This document shows, piece by piece, positions 39,723 to 52,107 of a stretch of DNA of 64,000 nucleotides. Under the pieces are notes generated by a model that ran no database searches, had not been told where the DNA came from, and worked only from the letters and a program-made list of their open reading frames with translations. This DNA is from Octopus sinensis (Eukaryota). A program made the translations under genes and the position numbers. Numbering within the stretch: the stretch's first letter is position 1; the number at the start of each line of letters is the position of its first letter. Location: positions 12,648,001 through 12,712,000 of the forward strand of contig NC_043004.1 in NCBI RefSeq assembly GCF_006345805.1, in the 5' to 3' direction.

Positions 39723-40522
39723 GCCTTGCAAATAATTATATATCTTTAGTCTATCATTTTGAGTTTCGCATCACTGTCGATACAGCCGAATATCTACAGA
39801 GAATATAACAAACTATTGTATATTATCGTATATAATTTATTATACATTACAGGTTTAAGCACAGTATACATTGCACAAATGTTTCTTGTTGTCGATTGTG
39901 TATTTATATTGATATTATATATTTATATGTGTTAGTATTCATTCGCTGTTAAATACATCAACCTGCCTCATCAGAAACCTACACAATTTCCGTTACAGAA
40001 TCCATTTCCAACGCTATTACCTTAACCGTGTTCTAAATTTCCGTTTTCAATTTGAACCTTTCTTCTCTCGCAGATAACATTTGCCTCCGTCGGCAACACA
40101 TTTACAACATTTAACAATTATGAGCCCTCTCAAATACATCATTGATGTAAGTTCCTAAATGTCTTTAAACACGTATATTATATCAAGCGCAGCGCATTAT
40201 CTATTGCATAAGAACTGTATATATACGGACCATGATAAAATTTACACATGAACATCCAGATATTCTAGCGTCAGTTTCTTTTTTTCCATCTTGCATGCAC
40301 TTACACACACTCAGACAAACAAATCTATACACTTAACAATGTCCCCAGAAATATACATGGATACAAATCGCATTTGCTAATGTGTGTGTGTGTGTTTTAA
40401 TAGTGTATAAAATATACACGGAGAGAAAAATATTTCTTACATGATAAAAATGGGAGTCAAAGCCCCAAACCACGAAAAAAACCTTCTTACATTAAAGCAC
40501 TTGCTTTAATATAAGTATGTTT

Positions 40523-41661
40523 AAGGCGGCGAGATGGCAAAAACGCTAGCAGGCTGGGCGAAATGCTTAGCGGTATTTCGTCTGCCGTTACGTTCTGAGT
40601 TCAAATTCCGCCGAGGTCGACTTTGCCTTTCATCCTTTCGGGGTCGATTAAAGGATCTTTTCCTTTTGATGGACGGAATTCAACACAATTTCTAGTTAAC
40701 TAAGCAATTTGAAAATTCGTATACTGGTAGAATGTGTCAAAAGAAAACCTAATTTTCACTTGGCTTTTTTGAGAAAACTGTAATTTGTAAGTTTAACGTA
40801 GTTTAATCTTCGAATTTTAACCAATGAATTGCCAGCATTTGATCTCAAATCATTTGCTGCGTTATCGATATTGATAAACAAACGAGGAGACGCACGCCGC
40901 ATACACACACACACATATATTCAGATACATACACACATACACTTGCACACACACACACAAACACACACACACACACACTCTGTCACTCTCTCTCTCTCTC
41001 TCTCTGAAACACATGCATATACATTTGCACAAGCACATGGTAATTAATATATAAGCGTACACACACAAACGGAGATATACATACACACACATACGCACAC
41101 AAGCATGCATACACGTTCGTGAGTTTGCACTGGTGTCGATAGAATCGACTTAATACTTTTGTATCTCATGCTTTGTCCCCTCTGTGTTTTGCCCCTTGCG
41201 GAACAAATTTACACAAAATGCAAATAAACCAGAAATGGAAGGGGGGTTCAATGATTCATCGTTTCGGGGTCGATAAATTAAGTACCAATTACGCACTGGT
41301 GTCGAGGATTTTTCCCCAATTTATATCACAGCCTCCGACAAGTTGGGGCATCCTTTTATGAAAAAATATTTCGCAAATTTTTACAATACGACCCACACAC
41401 CACGCGCACCCTCATATCCCAATCTAGACAAATTTAGGCATATTATTGTTTTGCTTTTGTTGTTTTTGACCCTTCAAAACCATGGGAGAAGCCTTTTCGG
41501 TATGAAAAAATAAAGAAAATATTCCAAAAATATTGTTAATATTTTTATTAGGCGACGAAATTCATCGATTTAAGAGATATGGCTGTTATTTCTAGCACAT
41601 GCTCCTCGTTTGTTTATCAATATCGATGAGCGAGACAGACAGAAGAGAGAAGGATGAATAA

Positions 41662-41725
<64 letters not shown>

Positions 41726-42479
41726 TGGTGTGTGTGTGTGTGTGTGTGTGCGTGCGCTGTTTACGTTGTAACAGGATGTCTGAGTTTTTAGACGCAGCAA
41801 ATGATTTGAGCTTAAATGCTGGCAATTCATTGGTTAAAATTCGAAGAATTAAACTACGTTAAACTTACCAATTACAAATTTCTCAAAAAAGCCAAGTGAA
41901 AAGTATGTTTTCTTTTGACACATTCTACCAGTATACGAAGTTTCAAATTGTTTAGTTAACTAGAAATTGTGTTGAATTCCGTCCATCAAAAGGAAAAGAT
42001 CCCGATTAAATAAGTAACAGTTACGCACTGGGGTTGATGTAATCGACTTAATCTACTTGTCTGTCCTTGTTTGTCCCCTCTGTGTGTAGCCCCTTGTGGG
42101 CTGTACAGTAAATAAATTGGTGTTTCATCTGCCGTTACATTCTGAGTTCAAATTCCTCCGAGGTCGAATTTGGCTTTCATCCTTTCGGGGTCGATGAATT
42201 AAGAACCAGTTACGCACTGGGGTCGATGTAATCGGCTTAATCCTTTTGTCTGTCCTTGTTTGTCCCTTTTATGTTTAGCCACTTGTGGGCAATAAAAAAA
42301 ATCAGAAACGTTAGCACACTGGGCAAAATGCTTAGTGGTATTTCGTCTGTCTTTATGTTCTGAGTTCCAATTCTGCTGAGGTCGACTTTGCCTTTCATCC
42401 TTTTGCGGTCAATAAACTAACTACCAATTGTGTACTGAGGTCAATCTAACTTTCGGGCTTTGTGCTTAGAGTAGAAAAA
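40523..42479 (+). mobile_element. Type A SINE multimer (40523-40652 + 42003-42479) with a 15-bp TSD
   Basis: TSD AATATAAGTATGTTT (40508-40522) / AATATAAGTTTGTTT (42480-42494). Confidence 0.8.
40653..42002. mobile_element. Non-autonomous DNA transposon, about 210-bp TIRs, 8-bp TSD, GG..CC termini (Merlin-like)
   Basis: CGATTAAA|GGATCTTTTCCTTTTGATGGACGGAATTCAACAC ... GTGTTGAATTCCGTCCATCAAAAGGAAAAGATCC|CGATTAAA. TSD at 40645-40652 and 42003-42010. It contains a nested SINE fragment at about 41110-41310. Confidence 0.88.
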
Positions 42480-42647
42480 AATATAAGTTTGTTTCTGGTG
42501 GATTTGGGCTTTGACTGCCATTTTTGGCATGTAAAAATCCACATTTTCTCTCCGTGTGTATTTCATACTCTATTATATTTTAAAATATGTATGTTAACCA
42601 GTGATATAAATTATTCAATAATTTTACATTTGTATTTATAAAGTTAT

Positions 42648-42715
<68 letters not shown>

Positions 42716-42718
<3 letters not shown>

Positions 42719-43790
42719 TAGCATTAAAGACCCGTCTTTGCCGGGTCATAGTGCTAGTGCATGTATATATGTGTATATATATTTTTGTACATATTACATG
42801 TACATCTATATATATATACATCTACACATAAAATACAAAATACAAAGTTATATCTTGATATCGCTAGTGATAACAATACTCAAAATATATAACAGACTGG
42901 AATTGTTAGCCCGTCTCATGTAATTTCGATCAAATATATCTTGTCCTCCCTCTTGTATAGAAGTGTGGCTACAATCCAACCTACCTCTACTTCGGAGGGG
43001 GGGGGGGCATTGTAAATTTTTCTCCGGAACGTCCTTCGTCCCAGATATAAAGGTAAAAATAAAATATTTCCACTTTGCAAGTTCGAGTCGAGTACTCCCT
43101 TGCACGCTCCGTTGACTCGAACCTTGCTTCTATTGCGGCGAATTTACCACCTCTGATTAGATACATAGTCGCACCAAGACACTTTTCGAAGGTGCTTTCC
43201 TCCATCTGTTCAAATCTTCTTTTTTCTCTACATTGTATGCTTTATAGACAATAGTCTTTTCCTTAATTTAATTTTTATTATCCATCTGGACTATTCCATT
43301 TCTGCACGCTAATTTTATTTTTAATGTATTCCCATTCATGTGAAACCACTTATTCAAGTTCAAGTCATTGATGCAATTTTATACCAATTGCTATTTTTAC
43401 TTTTGTTATGTTACGATTATATTATAGTTTGATTTTAATTATTACTTACTACATATAATTCAATTGTTATTATTATATTTATTGTTAAAGTGAAAGTATC
43501 TGACATAAAATAGAGAAATGGTTTTGTTTCACTTTTAACACGTAATACTGAAATAGTGGAGAAGATATGATATTGCTATGGGTTCGCTCTAGGCAAGAAG
43601 TTGAAACTACATGGATCCTAAGAAAGGCATGTGTAAAATTTGAATGAAATTGGTTGTGTAGTTCTCATGTTTTAGGGAATCGTATTGGAGAAGATATGAT
43701 ATTGCTGTGGGCTCGCCCTAGGCAAAACGTTAAGGAAACACACAGACAGACAGACAGACACACATTCTCAGTTTTATATATATAAAGATA
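42716..43790 (+). mobile_element. HINE-like element containing a LINE ORF1 fragment
   Basis: The 5' end is ACTAGCATTAAAGACCCGTCTTTGCCGGGTC and the 3' end is CTCAGTTTTATATATATAAAGAT. Internal repeat of about 40 bp at about 43557 and 43686. Confidence 0.6.
42940..43240 (-). pseudogene. L1/Tx1-type ORF1 fragment
   Basis: RFEQMEESTFEKCLGATMYLIRGGKFAAIEARFESTERAREYST..LGRRTF..IYNAPP.EVEVGWIVATL. It is collinear with the 26746-27153 ORF1 (ISRGVKYATVWLLFDTPEEACKF..LLPDIEPEWIEET). Confidence 0.65.
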
Positions 43791-43844
43791 TATATATATA
43801 AATACACATGTACATATATTCATACATACATACTGGCGTGGCTG

Positions 43845-44210
43845 TGTGTTTAGAAGTCTGGGGCACGTGTCTTCTGCTATAGCCTCAGGCCAACCAAAGA
43901 CTTGTGAGTTTATTTGGTAGACGGTAACTGAAAGAAGCCTGTCGTATATATACATGTGTGTGTGTATGTGTGTGTGTACGTGCGTGTTTGTGTGTGTGTG
44001 TGTGTGTGTGTGTTTGTGAAGGCGCATGACTCTGTGATTAGAGCATCGGGCACACAATTGTGAGGTAGTGATTTCGATTCCTGGACCGGGCTGTGTGTTG
44101 TGCTCTGGAGCAAGACGCTTTATTTCACGTTGCTACAGTTCGGTCTTTGCCTTTCCCTTGGATAACATCGGTACTATGGGGAGGGGAGGCTGGTTTCGTG
44201 TGATGACTGC
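43845..44210 (+). mobile_element. Partial type B SINE followed by a type C SINE (44016-44210)
   Basis: Consensus heads and cores. Confidence 0.75.
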
Positions 44211-44629
44211 ACCATTATGAAAATCGAGTGGCGAGACAAAGTCGATTTGTCCAGGATTGAAAGTTAAAAATTAAAAATATTAAATCTATCCTTAGCGTAA
44301 AAAACTTAGGCATATTCTATTACTTGACATATAAATTAAAGCCACAAAAACATTTCTAGTATACAGATTTGCATGTTAATCAAATTAACATTACGAATCA
44401 AATATGAAACCACCTACAACTACGTAAAGCAAATTACGGGATTTAGAAATCCAAGCAGTCTCTTCCATCTATACAGCGGTAAATTATGGCTAACAGAGTA
44501 CAGGATCACATTTAATATGTTGTAACAATACACAATTAAATATGTTCCGAGTATATCTGAACCATGTATTGTTGAAACGGTCGTAATGATGGCATAAATA
44601 CAAACCATACCTCCATTCTTGGACTTACA

Positions 44630-44636
44630 ATATGTG

Positions 44637-44689
<53 letters not shown>

Positions 44690-44786
44690 TATATGCGTGT
44701 GTGTGCGTGAGTGTGTATACATATATACATATATTTATTCATAGATACATCCCTATACACACAGACACATATATATATGTATATAA

Positions 44787-44820
<34 letters not shown>

Positions 44821-44876
44821 ATACGTATATAGATAATATGGAGTATAAGGTAGGACAGACACAAATTACATTATGG

Positions 44877-44924
<48 letters not shown>

Positions 44925-45101
44925 TTATAATACGAGTATAATTATAATTAGGGTTCAGCAAAGATTTGCTTTACCACATACCGAAGTTTAGAAATAGCAG
45001 CCAAAGAACCTTAGCTATTTCTTCTACTATAAGACAAAAACAAAATTCTTGAAACAACCCATGCAGACACAGGAAAAATAACGAAAATCACTATATATAT
45101 A

Positions 45102-45170
<69 letters not shown>

Positions 45171-45249
45171 GATAGATATATATATATAGATATATATATA
45201 TATATATATATATAGATATATATATATATAATATATATATATATATAGA

Positions 45250-45289
<40 letters not shown>

Positions 45290-46069
45290 GGCCACACACA
45301 CACACACACATATATAATATGGCCACACATAATGTAATTTACGTCTGTCCTACCCTGTCAACCGAACTATTTCTTTGACTGCATTCCTGCTAGGCTAGAG
45401 AACCGCCTACAATAGGTTCATTGATCTTCTCATTATTAAACCTAGTATGAACTGCGATCAATTATGATCCAGCATGGTCGCACTGCAAAATGGCAGAAAC
45501 CACAAAGTAACTAAGCAAGTGTCGCTATATGAATATGTGTAAAGAGTTGTTGGCATGTGGTGGAATATGTATCTAAGTATTGATATCTTTGAATGAAACG
45601 AATAGGATTTTTATACTAACGCAGACATCAACTACCGCGATTCTGTCTATACGCAGACACATACTCGAACGCGCGACACACACACAGATACAGAAATATT
45701 CTATCATTCGATTTAATAGAAAATCTCTTTGCGCATAACACTTTAGTAATTTCTTGCGACGGATACTCATTACGTATCGTGGAAATTATCTCAGAGCGTA
45801 TCGCATTGTATGGCATATATTTAGTTATTTCACCTTTTAGCTGTACACTTTGATATCATCTTCAAATAATATTCTCTATAAGCTTTTTCATACGTACGTA
45901 CGTACATACATACATGCATACGTACATACATACATACATACATACATACATACATACATACATACGTACGTGCGTACACGTATACGTACTTACATACATA
46001 CATGCATACATACAAGTATACATACATACATAGGTACGCACACATACTTATATACTTATATATGTATAC

Positions 46070-46114
<45 letters not shown>

Positions 46115-46517
46115 CATACATACATACATATCTATATGTATATATATGTATGTATGTATATACTTATATATATATGTATATGTATTACTTTTGTTACTGT
46201 ATATTATTTTATTATCATTATTATTATTATTATTATTATCATTATTGTTGCTGTTGTTGTTGTTGCGTTTGTTGTAATTGTTTTATTATCTGTTATTTAT
46301 ATTTTGTCTTGCTTTCTTTTTCGCTTATGTGTATGTATTAGCAATATGTTTTGCGTTGATGCAAAATTTGATTAAATTGTATGAGAATGGAACATATAAT
46401 ATTTCAAATAAAATTACAAGGAAAATAATAGAAATACACACATACACACACACTCGCTCATGCACACACACACTCTCACGCGCGCACACACACTTATCCA
46501 CGCGGTGATATGTGTGT

Positions 46518-46570
<53 letters not shown>

Positions 46571-46575
46571 TGTAG

Positions 46576-46623
<48 letters not shown>

Positions 46624-46739
46624 AAAAATAAGAAGAAAACATTTTGGAAAATACAGCAAAAATTCTGATGATAACACGTTACGAAGTCAGGCAACAAAAC
46701 AAGACAAGGCAAAGCGAAGTTTCCATTTTATGATGATAT

Positions 46740-46795
<56 letters not shown>

Positions 46796-46820
46796 GTGAT
46801 GATGGTGATGATGATGATGG

Positions 46821-46865
<45 letters not shown>

Positions 46866-47055
46866 CGATGATGACGACGACGACGACGATAATGATGATG
46901 ATGATGCCTATGACGATGATGATGGCGATAATGATGATGATCGGACGACAGCAAAAGCAGTAGCAACAAGAGCAATAACAGCAGCAACCACAAGAACAAC
47001 GACAACAACGACAAAAACAACAACAACAACAACAATAACAACAACAATAATAATA
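44630..47055. repeat. Microsatellite-rich zone: (TA)n, (TACA)n, (TAT)n, (GAT)n at 46730-46940 and (AAC)n at 46960-47055
   Basis: Directly visible. Confidence 0.9.
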
Positions 47056-47391
47056 AGGAAATTACTACTTACAATAACATTTTTTTAATGCATATTTTTT
47101 CGTCATGTTTGCATACAAAAAGAGAAGAGAAGGCGATATCAAATATTATAAGACGAATATTTGAAAGGAAAAAAAGTGTATAATTGAATATAACTATGAG
47201 AATGTAATTTCATGATACATAAATTCTTAGCATCACAATGTTAAGTTAAACACTATGTTCTCGACTCATTTCCCTCCAGTATTTGGCGTCCATTTTCGCT
47301 GTGACACACTTATAAAAACTGAATTTTGAATTATGTTTAGCAAGTGACTCTAATGGTGACCACTGTCAATGTTTGATCCATGCATTTTACT

Positions 47392-47650
47392 GTGAAGGCG
47401 CATGGCTTAGTGGCTGTGTGTTGTGTTCATGAGCAAGACACTTTATTTCACGTTGCTCCAGTTCACTCAGCCAAGCTGTATCGGCCTTTGCTCTTCCTTT
47501 TGATAACATCGGTAGCGTGAAGAGGGAAGGCTGGTATACATATTCGACTGCTAGTCCTCCATAAAACAAGCTTGCTTGGACTTGTGCCTTGGATGGTAGC
47601 TTTCTAGGTGCAATCCCATGATCATTCATGCCTGAGGGGGCTCTTTACCC
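47392..47650 (+). mobile_element. Type C SINE with an internal deletion in the head
   Basis: GTGAAGGCGCATGGCTTAGTGG joined directly to CTGTGTGTTGTGTTCATGAGCAAGACAC; tail ends GAGGGGGCTCTTTACCC. Confidence 0.88.
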
Positions 47651-47659
47651 TTTATATTT

Positions 47660-48210
47660 TGCTACTGTGTGGTAAGAGTTTTGCTTCCTCATGTTTCCTG
47701 GTTGCGAATTTTCTCCCACGAGAGTTACGGACCCCAGTAACAAACTCATTTACATACAGCCAATCAGGGCTCCCCTTGACATTGTTATCCAGTTTATAAA
47801 GGTTGTTGCTGGTGGCAGAAACCCCAGTGGTGCTGGCAGAACTTTGAAGGATTGCTTGAAAAGTGTGAAAGGAAAGGTGCCGTTCAGCTCTCAGATTATG
47901 CCTAACAAGAACAACTAGCATTATCAAAAGAGAAAAGAAGAATGGTCATACCTTACCCAAGTGGCATTATCTTATCGCCCATCACATGTTATACGCTCAT
48001 AAAGTAGTTTGATAGTTGAGCTCTGATTGGATGTATGCAAATGAGTTCATAACTAGGGTTCATAATTCTCGTGGGAAAACCATTTTGCTTCCTGGTTCAG
48101 TCCTGCTACGTGGCATCTTGGGCAAGTGTCTTCTACTATAACCCAAGCCGACCAAAGCCTTTTGAGAGCTTTTTTGGTAGACGGAAACTGAAATAAGCTC
48201 CTCCTATATG
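47660..48210 (+). mobile_element. Type B SINE split by a MULE-like MITE
   Basis: The head continues at 48089 with TTCCTGGTTCAGTCC..GGCATCTTGGGCAAGTGTCTTC. Confidence 0.8.
47704..48088. mobile_element. MULE-like MITE copy 2 (385 bp), perfect 9-bp TSD
   Basis: TTCCTGGTT at 47695-47703 and 48089-48097. TIRs as in 1443-1996; the interior matches copy 1 in inverse orientation. Confidence 0.85.
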
Positions 48211-48213
48211 GAT

Positions 48214-48299
<86 letters not shown>

Positions 48300-48303
<4 letters not shown>

Positions 48304-49013
48304 GCCTTTAGTCGAGCAAATCGACCTCGGGACTTATTCTTTGTAAGCCCAGTACTTATTCTATCGGTCTCTTTTGCCGAACCGCTAAGTGACGGGGACG
48401 TAAACACACCAGCATCGATTGTCAAGCAATGCTAGGGGGACAGACACAGACACACAAACACACACATACATATATATACATATATATACATATATACGAT
48501 AGGCTTCTTTTAGTTTCCGTCTACCAAATCCACTCATAAGGCATTATTCGGCCCAGGGCTATAGCAGAAGACACTTGCCCAAGGTGCTACGCAGTGGGAC
48601 TGAACCCGGAACCATGTGGTTGGTTAGCAAGCTACTTACCACACAGCCACTCCTGGATAGGTTTTGATATCCAGAAGATCCAGAAGGCAGTTAAGCCTAT
48701 GGGATTGCACCTAGATAGAAAGTTCCTCACTGTAACAAAGGTCCTGGCAAGGTTGTTTATGGAAGACCAGCAGTCGCCCCTCCGTACCAGTCTCAACTCT
48801 CCATGCCACCAGTGTCATCTAATGGAAAGGCAATAGCTAATACAGCTTGGCACCATTGACGTCGCAACTTCTTTCTACAACTGAGTAAACTGAAGAAATG
48901 TGAAATAAGGTGTCTTGCTCAAGAACACAACACAGACCCCGGTCCGGAAATCGAATTCACTATCTCATGATTGAGAGCCCCTACGCTATAACCACAGATC
49001 CATGCACCTTCAC
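48300..49013 (-). mobile_element. Type B SINE (48300-48655) and type C SINE (48690-49013)
   Basis: Consensus motifs on the minus strand. Confidence 0.85.
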
Positions 49014-49879
49014 AATAAAAATAAAAGACTATAAATGCTAAAAAAAGCAATTGTGAACTGTGTCTGTTGATGTGTCGTAGGAATCTCAGCATTTCGGCGA
49101 ACCAGCTTTCATACAGTTATATATAAAGCATGATACACATTTTGTGTATATTTTATGAATCAAACTCTATAACTTAGACTCCATTATGGCTCCTATAACA
49201 TCCATGTTACTGTCAAGCCTTTTAAATACGATCCTATAGGGAGTAGAGGAGAGAAAGATATAGAAAACAGGGACCTGACCGGCTGCTATCAGTTTGTCCC
49301 GGTCGCTATCGGGACCTGAGGTGTTCTTGGATCCCGTACTGCTGAATTCCTCCGCAGGTCACCCCAACAGCGATCAGATCGACATCTGATCGTCGTAGGG
49401 TTGACTGTGGCCAGGGAGCGAGGGACAGTCACGCCAACGGCGATCAGATCGAGATATGATCGTCGTAGTTTTCAGTTCGTCATAATCCCCCTTGTTTCTG
49501 GTCGACCGCGTTGCTCATTTGTGCGGTCAAACTTACCAGAACAAAATTTTGCAAACCAATTTGATACTGTCTGCTGTGTAATAAAATACTCCATTAATAT
49601 TCCGAGCTGTTTGTGATGCTGTATTTCCATAGAAGAATTCATATTTCAAAACTGTATGAATTTCCGACTTATCCATCTCTAAGCGAAAATAACAAAAAAC
49701 GATTTATAAATACTTTCTAAAGCGCAAAATGAGTTAGAATAAAGAAATAGATGTGTTAGCTTTCTAACAAAAGTTAAAGATTATCAAAATATAATAATGC
49801 AGCAAAATGAGCAGCTGTGAAAATTTACCATATACCTTACCAGAAATTTCATGTTTGACGACCTAATAGAAAGCTCCGA

Positions 49880-51560
49880 CATGATAGTAACATTGATCAT
49901 CAAAGCAGTCTATCATGGACCAAAAGCCGGATAACAACTCGTGCTTTGAAGGGTATGCATTTGCAATCCAGGAACAGGAAATATAAACCAAGTACCTGAT
50001 GCACAAAAGGGATAGAGATTCAGGAAATGCAGTAAAATGGGAAAACCGATGCAGGCCTTGTGTAGTTACCACCGAAGGTATCACCCACATCATAACCAGT
50101 TGTCCAAAAATGTCATCATGGTATTATCTATCGATGAGACATGATGTTGTAGCTAGCACACTCTATAGTGAAATCCGTTGGAAGGATAACTCCGAGGAGA
50201 AAGAAATAAGAACTCACAGAATGGTAGAAGCCACAGCCACTCATAATAAAAAGGAATACTGGTGGAATGTCCCAGTGAAGGCCTCAATATAATGTAAGCA
50301 CAACAGACCTGATATAATGATTTGGAGTAAAGAAGAGAGACTGTGCACAGTTGTGGAATTTAGCTGCCCAGCGGATGTTAACATAAAGCTAAAGATCAGT
50401 GAAAAAGTGAACACTTATGCTGAACTATTGAGAGATCTGCAGTTACTGTATCCAGATTACAAGTTCAGGTTTATACCTGTAATTATTGGAGCTCTGGGAT
50501 ATGTAACACACTGCCTAAATAACAATCTTAAGGAATTAGGCTTCTCAAAACCAGGAAGGAGAAAGCTAATTCGAAGACTACAGAGCCAATCCATCACTGT
50601 AACTGGAAAAATCTGTATCACTTTCCAGAAGTTTATTATTTCAATATATATGAGCAAGTCCAGATATGTAACAATATGCATAAAAATGCATACATAAAGC
50701 AAAACATACAAATCTGCACACATGATGGGCATCCAGTCGTGACCGAGGAAGACCATTGCTGACCTTTAGGAACATTGTGCGCTCTAGGACCAAGTTACAT
50801 TTTGCATTTGCGACCCCATTGGTGGATAATGAGCCCTAATCTTGACAAGCATACTCGACTGCAAACATTGCAAACCAGGCTTTCCGCTTTCACTACACTA
50901 GCAGTGCACTTTCGAGCAGCACGCTTAAATTCTTCATGCAGAATACGTGCTCTCTCAAAGGTGTCGACCCCACTTAATCCCCTCCTCTATCTGTGGCGAT
51001 GACAGGCATTGCTCTCCCAGTCAGTCTCCTTCACATCGCAGGCCTTTAATGATGACTTCACACAGTCCTTAAATCGTAGCCTTGGTTTCTGCCGGGGTAT
51101 CTTTCCACTAACAAGTTCCCCATATAGCATATGTTTAGGGATCCTGCTATCCTTCATTCTAATAAGGTGTCCAGTCGAACGTAACCGGTGCTTGTGCACC
51201 ATTCGCCTCAATACTCTAGATATCAGCTGTCCTCAGGACCTGTGTGTCTGGAGTTTTTAAGGTCCGGCCAACATTGAGAATGAGTCTCAGACGTCTCTGA
51301 TGAAAGTATTCATGACGTTTGTAAAGGGTTCATGTCTCACATGAGTAAAGGAGCAAAAGCAAAGCATACAAATCTGCAAACATACATACATACATACATA
51401 CATACATACATACATACATACATACTACATACATACATACACACAAGAATACTCTGTTCTTGATGTTGAAATTACAATGAAGGAGCCTTGGATCTATGTT
51501 AGAGACCGGCTCTTTCTCTATTGGCAAGAAATCTTGAAATAAAATTGAATACATACATAC
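49880..51560 (+). mobile_element. RLE-type (R4/Dong- or NeSL-like) LINE 3' fragment: CCHC knuckle + PD-(D/E)xK endonuclease + 3'UTR, split by an RTE
   Basis: FEGYAFAIQEQEI..CRPCVVTTEGITHIITSCPKMS..MRHDVVA..YWWNVPV..KHNRPDIMIWSKEERLCTVVEFSCPADVNI..KVNTYAELL..FIPVIIGALG. Confidence 0.9.
50724..51355 (-). mobile_element. 5'-truncated RTE-clade LINE 3' end with a 28-bp TSD
   Basis: HRLRSTGHLIRMKDSRIPKHMLYGELVSGKIPRQKPRLRFKDCVK is the typical RTE C-terminus. TSD 50696-50723 / 51356-51383 (26/28 identical). Confidence 0.85.
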
Positions 51561-51570
51561 ATGAATACAT

Positions 51571-51612
<42 letters not shown>

Positions 51613-51859
51613 TGTGTGTGTATGTGTGTGTGTGCGTGCGCGTGTGTATGTGTGTGTATAGGTTGTTGATACTAACCGATATTAAGAGGAAAATAGAACA
51701 CGACACATGAGTATATTATATATATATATATATGTTTAGCTTTACTAATACGTACAAGTTACTGAGTGAGTCACGAGAGAAGTGTTTTGTGTATCGATAC
51801 TCTAAATTGAAACTCTAAATGCTAGGGCACGAAACACTCGGTCTCTTGAGTCTTTTTGT

Positions 51860-51976
51860 AACTTAACAACAACAACAACAATAACAACAACAACAACAAC
51901 AACAACAACAGTAAATTACAACAACAACAAAAACAACAACAATAAAAATAATAATAATGATAATAATAATAATATG

Positions 51977-52010
<34 letters not shown>

Positions 52011-52040
52011 TAATAATAATAATAATAATAATGACAATAA
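51860..52040. repeat. (AAC)n/(AAT)n microsatellite
   Basis: Directly visible. Confidence 0.9.
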
Positions 52041-52107
52041 TAGACTCTCCCGTCGAAAGCGATATATGAGCGTTCAGCTTTTGCCGACGACCTGCACAAA
52101 TCTTTTT

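Larger units (their letters stand above)
40398..42574. mobile_element. Palindromic MITE of about 200 bp (arms 40398-40499 and 42481-42574) split by a SINE array
   Basis: AATAGTGTATAAAATATACACGGAGAGAAAA..AAAAATGGGAGTCAAAGCCC is inverse to GGGCTTTGACTGCCATTTTT..TTTTCTCTCCGTGTGTATTTCATACTCTATT. The centre is ATTAAAGCA-CT-TGCTTTAAT. Confidence 0.7.

Noticed and set aside
39955-39985. CTGATGAG on the minus strand as a hammerhead core
   Set aside because: There is no stem II followed by GAAA downstream.
46460-47047. Poly-Met/poly-His ORFs (also poly-Glu 2340-2537, poly-Arg 52770-53039, poly-Ser 30128-30621)
   Set aside because: They are trinucleotide microsatellites with no flanking coding context.
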